Source: Candidatus Heimdallarchaeota archaeon (GTDB lineage: Archaea > Asgardarchaeota > Heimdallarchaeia > Hodarchaeales > Hodarchaeaceae). Taken from it: 64,000 nt of DNA. Below are positions 20,492-29,900 of this stretch, in pieces. Positions within the stretch are counted from its first letter, which is position 1; each line of letters starts with the position of its first letter. The position numbers and the translations under genes were made by a program. The notes beneath the pieces were generated by a model. That model had not been told where the DNA came from. It ran no database searches and worked only from the letters and a program-made list of their open reading frames with translations. The stretch spans positions 2,279,155 to 2,343,154 of the forward strand of contig CP070695.1 of NCBI GenBank assembly GCA_020353515.1. The letters are read 5' to 3'.

Positions 20492-21874
20492 TCAGGAAAT
20501 CTCTTCTTCCTCATCTGCAGGGGGTTCTTCTTCTTCCTCTTCTTCAGGTGTTTCGCCTGCAGCTGCCGCAACAGGTGTTGAACTCCTATCAAAATCTACT
20601 AAAGTATCAATTTGTTGAACAACTCTTTCGAAGATTTTGCCAGTTCTTCCACCAGAGAAGAAGTGGAGAATTACACTGATAAGAATAAAAAGTAATACAA
20701 CATTTAGAATTGCAATTGTTTGAAATTCAGGCTGAGTTAATTCGAGACTTTGAAGAAGCGCTGGAAAAGAAGCTCCAACTAAAGGTGTAAGAAGAATTTC
20801 AGGCGATATGATAATATAAGCCAGAATCGTAACTGCAATAATTCGAAAAATCATTGCTGGGATGAAATGTCTAAGTAATGCAGAAACATCAGGTTGAGCA
20901 GTTTTTGCAGCTAGTTTCAGATCAGTTTCAGGATCACTTTGATTTAAACTTGCTAGATATGACTGTAATCTCATCGTCGATTTGGCGTCCCGCATCACTT
21001 CTCCTTTCTTAAAGACACGTCTTTCTACCATCTCCCGTAAGTAACTCGCAGCAAGCAAACCAAACTTTTTTGATTGAACACTCTGAATAGATTGTTCTTT
21101 TCCTTTTTCTTCTTCAGACAAAGGCACAAAAGATCGAATTCTTTTCAAATGTCCTTGAATTCGTTTTTCTCGTTCTGTCATTGGTTCAATAATGTTTAAG
21201 GTATACGAAGTTTGGAATGCAATCTCTAGGAGCAGATATAACAAAAATCCAAGAGCAAAAATAGGACTAAATAGCATAGTTATGATAGTTGACGAATCAA
21301 TTCTTGTATTAACAATGATTTTTTCAGTAAATATCGCGATAATTATGATAAGTTGAAACCCAAGGAATGAATATATGGCTAATTTTGTATCCCCCTCACG
21401 AAGAAACCCAACACCAGAGAGGAGAGCTACAGGGAGAAGAATTAAAATTGTTGTTGCTCCAAAGAAATTGCCAAAATCCTCTAGAAAAGTGGCGATATCT
21501 GTTACATTAGAATGAGGCAAAAAACCATTTTCAGGATTGACAATGGCAGCGAGTATTGATTGCATTTCCCCAATTGCGACTCCATCAAAATTAGTATCCC
21601 CGAGAAAAGGGATATCTTTCTTGCTTGAAGCGATTGTAGCCACTAAGGTTAAAGCAACGCCTGCAAAAGCTCTAACAAGTTCTTGTACAAGTAACATTAC
21701 ATACTCTACAATATTGAAGACTTGTGCGAAATCAAACATCGTAGGGTCAATACTTGTGGCTAAAATGGGGTTGTCAATGGGAATAGGAATACCAATTATT
21801 AAGAGACACGAGAAAACAAATACAATGATGTAAAGAATTCGAAAAAAATGAGCTGTTGCTTGTCCTGCGGGCAT
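20492..21874 (-). CDS. Hypothetical polytopic membrane protein with acidic tail
   Basis: Several hydrophobic segments, a cytoplasmic insert and an E-rich C-terminus. Confidence 0.7.
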   Translation of the reverse strand: MPAGQATAHFFRILYIIVFVFSCLLIIGIPIPIDNPILATSIDPTMFDFAQVFNIVEYVMLLVQELVRAFAGVALTLVATIASSKKDIPFLGDTNFDGVAIGEMQSILAAIVNPENGFLPHSNVTDIATFLEDFGNFFGATTILILLPVALLSGVGFLREGDTKLAIYSFLGFQLIIIIAIFTEKIIVNTRIDSSTIITMLFSPIFALGFLLYLLLEIAFQTSYTLNIIEPMTEREKRIQGHLKRIRSFVPLSEEEKGKEQSIQSVQSKKFGLLAASYLREMVERRVFKKGEVMRDAKSTMRLQSYLASLNQSDPETDLKLAAKTAQPDVSALLRHFIPAMIFRIIAVTILAYIIISPEILLTPLVGASFPALLQSLELTQPEFQTIAILNVVLLFILISVILHFFSGGRTGKIFERVVQQIDTLVDFDRSSTPVAAAAGETPEEEEEEEPPADEEEEIS

Positions 21875-21877
21875 TTT

Positions 21878-23353
21878 TCACACAGATCCTTTTCCTGCCT
21901 GTTTTCCTTCCATATAGGTTTTAATTACATTGGGGAGCATATCATCAGGGCCAACATTAATAATTTCAACTCCTAATCCCCTTAATCTGTCCTCTACTTG
22001 TTTTCTATATCCAAGGTATTCCTCAAAAATAGCCTCTGCTATAGCTCGTTCTGTAGCTGTCAGATCACTGAGTTTTGTTTCAAAAAGTGGTCCAAAGGGT
22101 GAAATGACAGTGATGTTGTTCTTTGTGGATCGTGCTCGTTTTGCAGCTTCAGTGAAAATTTCCGAATCAGAAGATTCAAGATCTGTCAGGAAAACATAAA
22201 ATGAGGCTCTAGGTACCCTTTGCATCACAAAATCTACCGCAGCTAAAGGATCTGATCGTCCTTGAGGTTCTACAAGAGCTAAAATTTCTAATAATTGGAA
22301 AAACATTGCTTTTCCTCCTCCTGGTGGAAGAAATGAGGTTGGTCGGTCTGCAAATGTTACCAGTCCAAAGAGGTCTTGGCGTTCTTCAGCCATTTTCATG
22401 ACCAACATAACAGAGCGGATAGCAAAATCTAACTTTGTATTAAATGGAATTCCAGCTCCCATGCTACCACTGTGGTCTAGAAAGACGATCATACGAATAT
22501 TTTTCTCTGATTCAAACTCTCTAACCATGAGTTCTCCTGTACGACTGAATGCTTTCCAGTCCAGAGATTTGAAGGGAGCACCTGGATAATACCGTGCTAA
22601 AGCATGAAAATCATCTCCCATTCCTTTCTGCTTTGTTTTATGAGCCCCAAACATCTTTCCTTGTTGTCGACGTTTACTGAGCGCCTCCATTCGTCTGATA
22701 TCTTCATAAGAGGGATAACAAAGAATTTCTGTATAGAAGTGCCTAATATCCTCTTCAAAATAGAATCCCAGTCTATCATGAATGATAACCTTGACAGGAC
22801 CAATTCGATAGACCCCACGTGTACTCACTTGAACGATATATGAGAATTCCTTGGTCTCTCTCCCTCCAAGCTGAGTAATAATGAAGTTTTCACCTAAAGC
22901 AATTTCAAACATGTCAGGGATTGCGTCATATACCTCTAAAAAGTCCATCCTGCGTCGTCCTGTGTTTTCGACTTTAACAGTTACATGAACATATTCTCCA
23001 GCAAAAGCTTTCTCTCGATCCACAGTACGCGTGACTCGTATGAGAGAGGCGTTAGCTGATACACGGAAAAATGGGAGGCCAATAACGCTTGCCAATAGCA
23101 ATAATGTGCCTAGAAACATCCCGTAATCTACAATCGGAGAACTATTCAAAATCTCAAACGGTCTAAATATATCAGTAATTGATAGAGTTTGATTTCCATT
23201 AGACGGAGTTGATTCAGAGTCAGCTTCCCATCCTTGTTCACCAGAGAGAATGGGGAGCATTGTAGCGATGGTACCGACTCCTTTTGCGCTTAATCCTATA
23301 GAAATTAACAATATGCCTCCAATTGCAATGAAGGCTCCTCTAGATGAAAGCAT
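21878..23353 (-). CDS. DUF58 / vWA-domain protein
   Basis: RYYPGAPFKSLDWKAFSR, LMVREFESE, MIDAS-like DHSGSM; N-terminal TM segments. Confidence 0.9.
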   Translation of the reverse strand: MLSSRGAFIAIGGILLISIGLSAKGVGTIATMLPILSGEQGWEADSESTPSNGNQTLSITDIFRPFEILNSSPIVDYGMFLGTLLLLASVIGLPFFRVSANASLIRVTRTVDREKAFAGEYVHVTVKVENTGRRRMDFLEVYDAIPDMFEIALGENFIITQLGGRETKEFSYIVQVSTRGVYRIGPVKVIIHDRLGFYFEEDIRHFYTEILCYPSYEDIRRMEALSKRRQQGKMFGAHKTKQKGMGDDFHALARYYPGAPFKSLDWKAFSRTGELMVREFESEKNIRMIVFLDHSGSMGAGIPFNTKLDFAIRSVMLVMKMAEERQDLFGLVTFADRPTSFLPPGGGKAMFFQLLEILALVEPQGRSDPLAAVDFVMQRVPRASFYVFLTDLESSDSEIFTEAAKRARSTKNNITVISPFGPLFETKLSDLTATERAIAEAIFEEYLGYRKQVEDRLRGLGVEIINVGPDDMLPNVIKTYMEGKQAGKGSV

Positions 23354-23381
23354 TCAAATTTACACCTAATAAATGCTCTTC

Positions 23382-24449
23382 CTACTCTTCGTATACTTCT
23401 TCTTCGTAATACTCTTCGTAGACAGCTTCTTCTTCTATCGGGTCTACTGGGAGGACTAAATTATCACGAACATCTTCTGCGATACGAATCTGTGTAATAC
23501 CTTCTAATTCAGCTTCAGGCTTTAGTATAAGACGATGGTGGACAATATGAGGTATCATTAGAAGAATGTCATCTGGAATAACGAAATCACGGGCATGTAT
23601 AGCAGCTCTGGCTTTTCCTGATAGTAGAAGACTTTCACTTCCACGAGGAGAACATCCCAAGACTAAGCGGGGATCAGTTCGAGTTGAAACAGTGATATCC
23701 CGAATCATTTCCAGGATTTCGGGACAAACATACACTCTTTTAACAACATCCATCATGGCTATAATGGTTTGAGGAGAAACAACCTGATTAAGTGTTGCTG
23801 GAATTGGTTCATTCTTAAATTTAATAATACGTAATTCATCCTCAGGAGAAGAGTGGTGAACAATAACTTTGATCATAAAACGATCCAATTGAGCTTCAGG
23901 TAGGGGATACGTTCCTTCTTGTTCAACAGGGTTTGCAGTTGCCATTACAACAAATGGTTGATCGAGTTTGTGAGTCTCACCTTCGATTGACACCTGTTGT
24001 TCAGCCATAGCCTCGAGCATTGCAGATTGGGTTTTTGGGGGAGCTCGATTAATTTCGTCTGCGAGAATAACATTGCCGAAAATTGGGCCTTTCTTGAGAC
24101 GAAAGGTTCCTGTTTTAGGATTGAAAATATTGGTCCCTACAATATCCGAGGGAAGCATGTCAGGAGTGAATTGAATGCGTCTATATTCAGTCCCAAGAAC
24201 TTTAGAAAAGGTTTCTGCCATATATGTTTTCCCTATACCTGGGACACCCTCGAGATAGACATGCTTACCAGTTAACATAGCAATCCAAAGCATTTCGAAA
24301 ATTTCCGTCCTTCCGATGTATACTTTTCTGATTTGTCCCATTATTTGCTGATATGCTCGGGCTACATCATTAACTTCCAGCATCTCATAAGTTAATTCAT
24401 CACTAGTGAAATCTTTCCCTTTCAAGTCGGTTTTACTCATTTCTTTCAC
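23382..24449 (-). CDS. moxR: MoxR family AAA+ ATPase
   Basis: GVPGIGKT, RIQFTPDMLPSD, DEINRAPPKTQS, EQEGTYPLPEAQLDRF. Confidence 0.96.
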   Translation of the reverse strand: MKEMSKTDLKGKDFTSDELTYEMLEVNDVARAYQQIMGQIRKVYIGRTEIFEMLWIAMLTGKHVYLEGVPGIGKTYMAETFSKVLGTEYRRIQFTPDMLPSDIVGTNIFNPKTGTFRLKKGPIFGNVILADEINRAPPKTQSAMLEAMAEQQVSIEGETHKLDQPFVVMATANPVEQEGTYPLPEAQLDRFMIKVIVHHSSPEDELRIIKFKNEPIPATLNQVVSPQTIIAMMDVVKRVYVCPEILEMIRDITVSTRTDPRLVLGCSPRGSESLLLSGKARAAIHARDFVIPDDILLMIPHIVHHRLILKPEAELEGITQIRIAEDVRDNLVLPVDPIEEEAVYEEYYEEEVYEE

Positions 24450-24490
24450 TTCTAATTTAATTTATCAGACCAGTTAAGGTTTTAATAGAA

Positions 24491-26263
24491 TTAAGTTATC
24501 TCCACCCCAATGTTTTTCAAGAATAGATATTGATCTAAGAATTCTTGTTCAGAAATTGCAGCGCGACTATCAATAATCCGTTCAATTGCAGTTAACCCTT
24601 CAGTAATACCTTTATGGGTGAATCGTTCCGGAAATTCATTTGCTAAATAGGTAGCAGCGACTTCAGGAGTAAGTTCAACTTCTGGATTGTATCGCTTAAT
24701 CAAATTGCGTCTCAATCGTCGATAAATAAGTTCTAAACCACGTGAATACTGTTGATATTCAAGGAACCAGCGCATTTTAACTGCAAAGAAGCTCCGGCCA
24801 TAATACCGTTCAACACGAGTTAATAAGAGGGGTTTAGCTTGCGTTCTTTTGGGCATAAAACGTCTTGATAATAAAATTGCTCCAATTGGTAAGGCCCACG
24901 CAAAAAGGGGAAACATTGTGATCATATCTAGGAATTTTAGATACAAACTTAATGGAAGGGTTGGTGATAAAGGATGATTTGCGAGGTGGCCTTCATCAAA
25001 TATGATTAGTTGACTTCGTCGGTCTCTCATCATTTTTTCGACTACATTCAGAGCAAATTGACGATTATCATAGGTAGGATCATAATCATTTCTATCTGTA
25101 TCAATATACTTATTAATAAAAATAGATGGATCAGAACAAATAATAATATCTCCTCCCAGAGGAAATGGGAAATAGACGAATACTGGGAAACCAACATTTG
25201 GATTTGCCCATTCATAAGGATTAGTAGCATTCGGTCCTATTTTATTTACATCTCTCTTAGCAAGTTCAATATCTGATTCTAGCCATGCATGGGAACTACT
25301 GTATAAAACGGCTATTTGCAGACTAAAATCCATATCAGGCATATCAATACCCCATTCACTTTCAAACTCAGAGAAAGCATTCTTTGCTGAGGCGGGGAAC
25401 TCCCCCATTGGTACCCATTTTGTAACATATTCGGGATTATACTTATCATATTCATTAGATCTATTCTCGGCAATAAATTCACTTTTGGGTTTAGGATATC
25501 GTACTTTCATTGAGATGATTGAAGCAAAATTACCAATGACACCATTACCTGACAAACCAGTTGTGAAATCGGTAACCCAAGGAGCTGGCATACGATAACT
25601 GGTTCCATTTTGAGTACCTGATATAGGAGAGCTGAATATGGGGGTGAGAGGAGTATCATTATAGCTACCTTGGTCTGCAAGGAGACTCCCATTAATTGCA
25701 ATTCCCGCAATTGGAAAATTAGCAGCAGCGGTTTCATTAGCCTGAGAACTAGTATTATTAGTAGTTGTATTCATCCCAAAGGGATTATAGTCCTCTGTAT
25801 CACTACCAAACCCTAAGCCCGCCATATTTAGATCCAATTGGGACATAAATCCTAAAAAGATAGAGAAAACACTCAGTATGTCATTAGCTGTTCCAAAATC
25901 GTCGGCTATAAGAACTCGGCCGCCGTTGATAGCATAGAAGAAAATAGCTAGGGCTTCAGAAAAATCATAATGGACAGCAGGGCCAAGAATGACAAGAGAT
26001 CCGTTCTCAGTAGTAGTATTCAGACGATTGAGAATATTACTACTACCAACTATTGTTGAGACACTACCTCCATTCTCGTGTTCTTCAAACATTTGTTTGA
26101 ACTCACTTGCCCCATTCCACCCCTCATTATAGATTGAAAAGTTAGTAGTGCTTTGAGTAAGAGAGCGTGGTAATAGTCCTAACACAAAAGCAGAAACGAG
26201 GGGATAACTAATGAAGATTGCTAGGAGGATCAATGCAGATGTCGTTCGGTTTATCTCTACCAT
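24491..26263 (-). CDS. DUF4350-domain membrane protein
   Basis: FSIYNEGWNGAS, IADDFGTAN, SDPSIFIN, FDEGH; N- and C-terminal TM segments; MoxR context. Confidence 0.8.
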   Translation of the reverse strand: MVEINRTTSALILLAIFISYPLVSAFVLGLLPRSLTQSTTNFSIYNEGWNGASEFKQMFEEHENGGSVSTIVGSSNILNRLNTTTENGSLVILGPAVHYDFSEALAIFFYAINGGRVLIADDFGTANDILSVFSIFLGFMSQLDLNMAGLGFGSDTEDYNPFGMNTTTNNTSSQANETAAANFPIAGIAINGSLLADQGSYNDTPLTPIFSSPISGTQNGTSYRMPAPWVTDFTTGLSGNGVIGNFASIISMKVRYPKPKSEFIAENRSNEYDKYNPEYVTKWVPMGEFPASAKNAFSEFESEWGIDMPDMDFSLQIAVLYSSSHAWLESDIELAKRDVNKIGPNATNPYEWANPNVGFPVFVYFPFPLGGDIIICSDPSIFINKYIDTDRNDYDPTYDNRQFALNVVEKMMRDRRSQLIIFDEGHLANHPLSPTLPLSLYLKFLDMITMFPLFAWALPIGAILLSRRFMPKRTQAKPLLLTRVERYYGRSFFAVKMRWFLEYQQYSRGLELIYRRLRRNLIKRYNPEVELTPEVAATYLANEFPERFTHKGITEGLTAIERIIDSRAAISEQEFLDQYLFLKNIGVEIT

Positions 26264-26311
26264 GAGATCTCACTTAGGAATTAGTCTTTGATTGTATTTC
26301 TTTAATTTTGA

Positions 26312-26812
26312 TTAATATTCAGCAGTTTCAGGAATTCCTGCAGATGTTGCTGTTTGGAGGAATTGATGAAGTCCTGATAATCCATCTTTGAATTCTTGTG
26401 TTGTGAGAGGGGCTTGACCATATCGTGCTTTTTCAAAGGCCATTACAATCGCGTTGATAGCACTGGGATCTATATCACCACGATTCATAAGTTTCACACC
26501 TAATTGTCGTGCTGATTCGTTAGGTGCTCGGCCAACCCCAAGGAATCCCTCAGAGGCAAGTGTCATGGTTTGCCACATAAGGACTGATGCTTCTCGGAAC
26601 ATCTGTTGTCGTGCGAGTTGCCGAATTTGAACAAGCCGTTGTTCGATCTCTTGTTCAAGAATCGTCTTTTTTACGCCACCTACTCCTATTGCTTCTACAA
26701 TTTGTTTTCGGAAATAGAATAGTAGAAAGCCAACAACGATTAAAACGCCTAAACCAAATATAAAGATAAGTTCTAATTGAGCAAAGAAACCAATTCTGTT
26801 CATTCTTATCAC
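26312..26812 (-). CDS. DUF4129-domain protein
   Basis: R.PNESARQ and FEKARYG motifs; N-terminal TM. Confidence 0.8.
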   Translation of the reverse strand: MIRMNRIGFFAQLELIFIFGLGVLIVVGFLLFYFRKQIVEAIGVGGVKKTILEQEIEQRLVQIRQLARQQMFREASVLMWQTMTLASEGFLGVGRAPNESARQLGVKLMNRGDIDPSAINAIVMAFEKARYGQAPLTTQEFKDGLSGLHQFLQTATSAGIPETAEY

Positions 26813-26978
26813 AAATCTCTTTCTGTTTATATTAGATAGTAATTTTCCTGATCTATCTAGATTTCTAGAGTTATCATTTATTTTTTAACCTTTATCTCCT
26901 TTCTCATATATATTATTTCTTTAATGGATCTAATTATTATCTCGACATTATTTAATTCTTTGTAACCAAATTAAAGTT

Positions 26979-29900
26979 TTATCCACCTCGCATAGCTCTA
27001 ATTCGTTCGTACAGCGCGGCTAATCCCACTCCACCACCAAAAGCAAGTACTGGAGACGCAAGAAGCAACACAATGTTGGTAAATGGATTTGGAGGGCTAG
27101 GATGAATAATAGTAAAGGAATCCGAAATAACCTCTTGGTTATTTCCTGTTTTATCACGAATTAGAATTCTAATAGAATATACACCTTCAGGTAGCTCTGA
27201 AGTATCAAAGACGAGGGTTGCTTGAGAATTCGTTGCTGAAATGTTACTACCAGTATCTCCGTATCGAACAGTGACTAAAACGTTATCAGTTGCATTACGA
27301 AGCTCAAACGTCAGTGTATCCAAATAAATACCTGTTTCAATATCATCGTATGAAACCGTAATCATAACTTCCTCATCTACCTCTAGAAGTAGGTCATCAG
27401 TGATTTCCATGTTTGGTGCAGTATGATCAAGGTTTACATCTAAAGAGACATTCCCTTCATTCCCCGCTAAATCGCTGAAGGTTACTAGAATCGTCCAGTC
27501 CTCATATCCACTGAAAGAATCATTGCGATGAAGAAGATCAAGGTCATCAGGATTAAGGATGATACCCCAATCATATGAAAAACTATTGTCAGTGACAGTA
27601 ATGCTCTTATTCATTTCAATACTGTCCCTCTGGGAATTTACAATGAAAAGACGAGCAGAAGCATCATTAAATCCAAAATTCAAACCTGTATTAGAATTAT
27701 TAGCTTCAACGGTGCCTGAAATTATGACAAGTCCATCTGAATCAACATCTAGATATCCATTTTCGTTTTCTGTGACATATATCGTCCCTGTTGGTGCAAC
27801 TACATCAAAAACAACATCAATCCCGTATATATTCCAATTATGTGCTTCATCAGAGGCAAATATAAGAATAGTATAGGTAATATCTGAGACTGAGGCTTTC
27901 GGGGTGGCCCAATTGTAATAAAATGTGTATTGTCCCATAATTTGATTCATTGTATTATTGACGCCATTAATTTGAACTTTAACAGATCCATTGATTAAGC
28001 CATCTGAAACATCTTGGAGACTGGGATCTATAACAGTCACTCTAATTTCTGTTACATCATTGGGAAGGAGGAGAGCAACACCAGGTGAAGTTTCTGTCGG
28101 ACTAATCATTGTAATTTGAGGTGGAGTGATATCAAACACAATCCAATTAAGGTTAATGTAGTAATATTTTGATAATTCCGTACCATTGTCTAACAGATGA
28201 CAAAATTTCCAAATCCATGTGTCATTCTCCAATCCTGTAAACGAATAATCAAGAGTAAAGGAACCAGCATTAGGATCGTCAAGTACAGGTTGAGGTAGAG
28301 GAGAAATGGTATCGTTCCATGTGGTGTTTATCCATTTTCCTCCCAGTCCTCGGTCTGAGGAATCTGTAAGATTTCCCCTGATAGTAATATCACGGTTTTG
28401 TACCCCTGAAACAATGATGATCGTGTTACTCGTCAACGCTATTGTGGTGTCATTGAAGGGGAAATAAATTTCTAATTCTATTTCGTAATCCCAGTAAATG
28501 TATATTGGGGTCTGATTATAATTTACGCGATAATGAAGGAGGCCAGGATTAGTAATATTCAACCTTATGGATAATGTGTCTTTATTGTAATTATAAGGAA
28601 TTTGATAAGATATATTATAAGTTCCATCAGCATTTGGGCTTGCAATAGCAGCTATCCCTATCTCATGAGTTCCATTCCAACCAATAACACGCAAATTGTT
28701 CGTCAGTTCAGTAAACGTGGATGAAAACGGATTGATAAGAGGTTCCGAATCAATGGGTAAGCCTTGATCATCAATTAGCGTTCCTGAAATAGTCACAGAT
28801 CCACCTACAAAAACAAAACGAGAGGTTCCATTAAAGTTACTAAGAGTAAAATTACTAAGATCGATGGTGGTAACAACTCGAGTTTCATTAACCCCCTCGC
28901 GTCCTTCTCGTGGAGTAGGTGGGGTTGGGTCAAAGCCAAAAATCGTAACATTATCCCCCAGAGGTGTAGTAGCAGGTAAAGTAATAACTGCTGAAAATTC
29001 GCCTTGAGTATCAGTCATTACATTATTATCTAGGAGGACCCAATCTTGATTGGTGTGGTTCATATAAAGATATATTAGTTCATTTTGGACAGGATCTTGA
29101 GTATTGTCCTTATAGGTGCCTTCAATGGTAATTTGGGAGGTTCCTCGGTAGACTTCAAAAAGTCCAGATGTGATGTTAAATCCTGCATCTGGATGAGAAG
29201 GATCTGTCACGCCTCCACTCGGAATCCATACTCTAATTAAATCAATATTCTTAACTTCAAATACTGTTGACACATAAGAATAGTTTCCAGTAACATCAGT
29301 ACCATTCACCCAAACACCAGCTAATTTTCCTGATGGAACAGTAGAAGGATATGGTGAGGTGAAATTATAAATTCGATCCTTTAGACTTCCAAAATCTGCT
29401 GTTACGGAAAGAGTATACATAGCTTCGGGCGTCATCCCAGTTGCATTCATCTCGATATAAAAAATAACACTACTATCGACTGAATCTTGATACCATATGG
29501 GTGAAACGTCCATTTCCCAATCTGCGGGATCTGTATTGTTGATCTGGATAGAAATGTTAAGACCATCAATGTCGGGGAATACATCCCCCCCTGGATAATT
29601 TAGTTTAAGTCTGAATTCTGTCATAAGGACTTCATTATGTTGAACCAGGGTCGCATTTGGAGGATTAGTGGTAGGAATGTAGACGTATCCAGTGAAATAC
29701 TGGGGTCGGACTGTGATTCTTCTTGTGATTTCAGAATAGGAGCTATTTGAGCGGAAATCTGGTCGTACACCTTTGGAACCGACATACCATTTATCATAGG
29801 AATCATTTTCAAAATCAGCAGTTACTTTGAAATTAATATTAAGGTTCTTTGGAGTTGTGCCATAGGTAGTAGTGAAAGTTACAGCTATCCTTCCAGAACC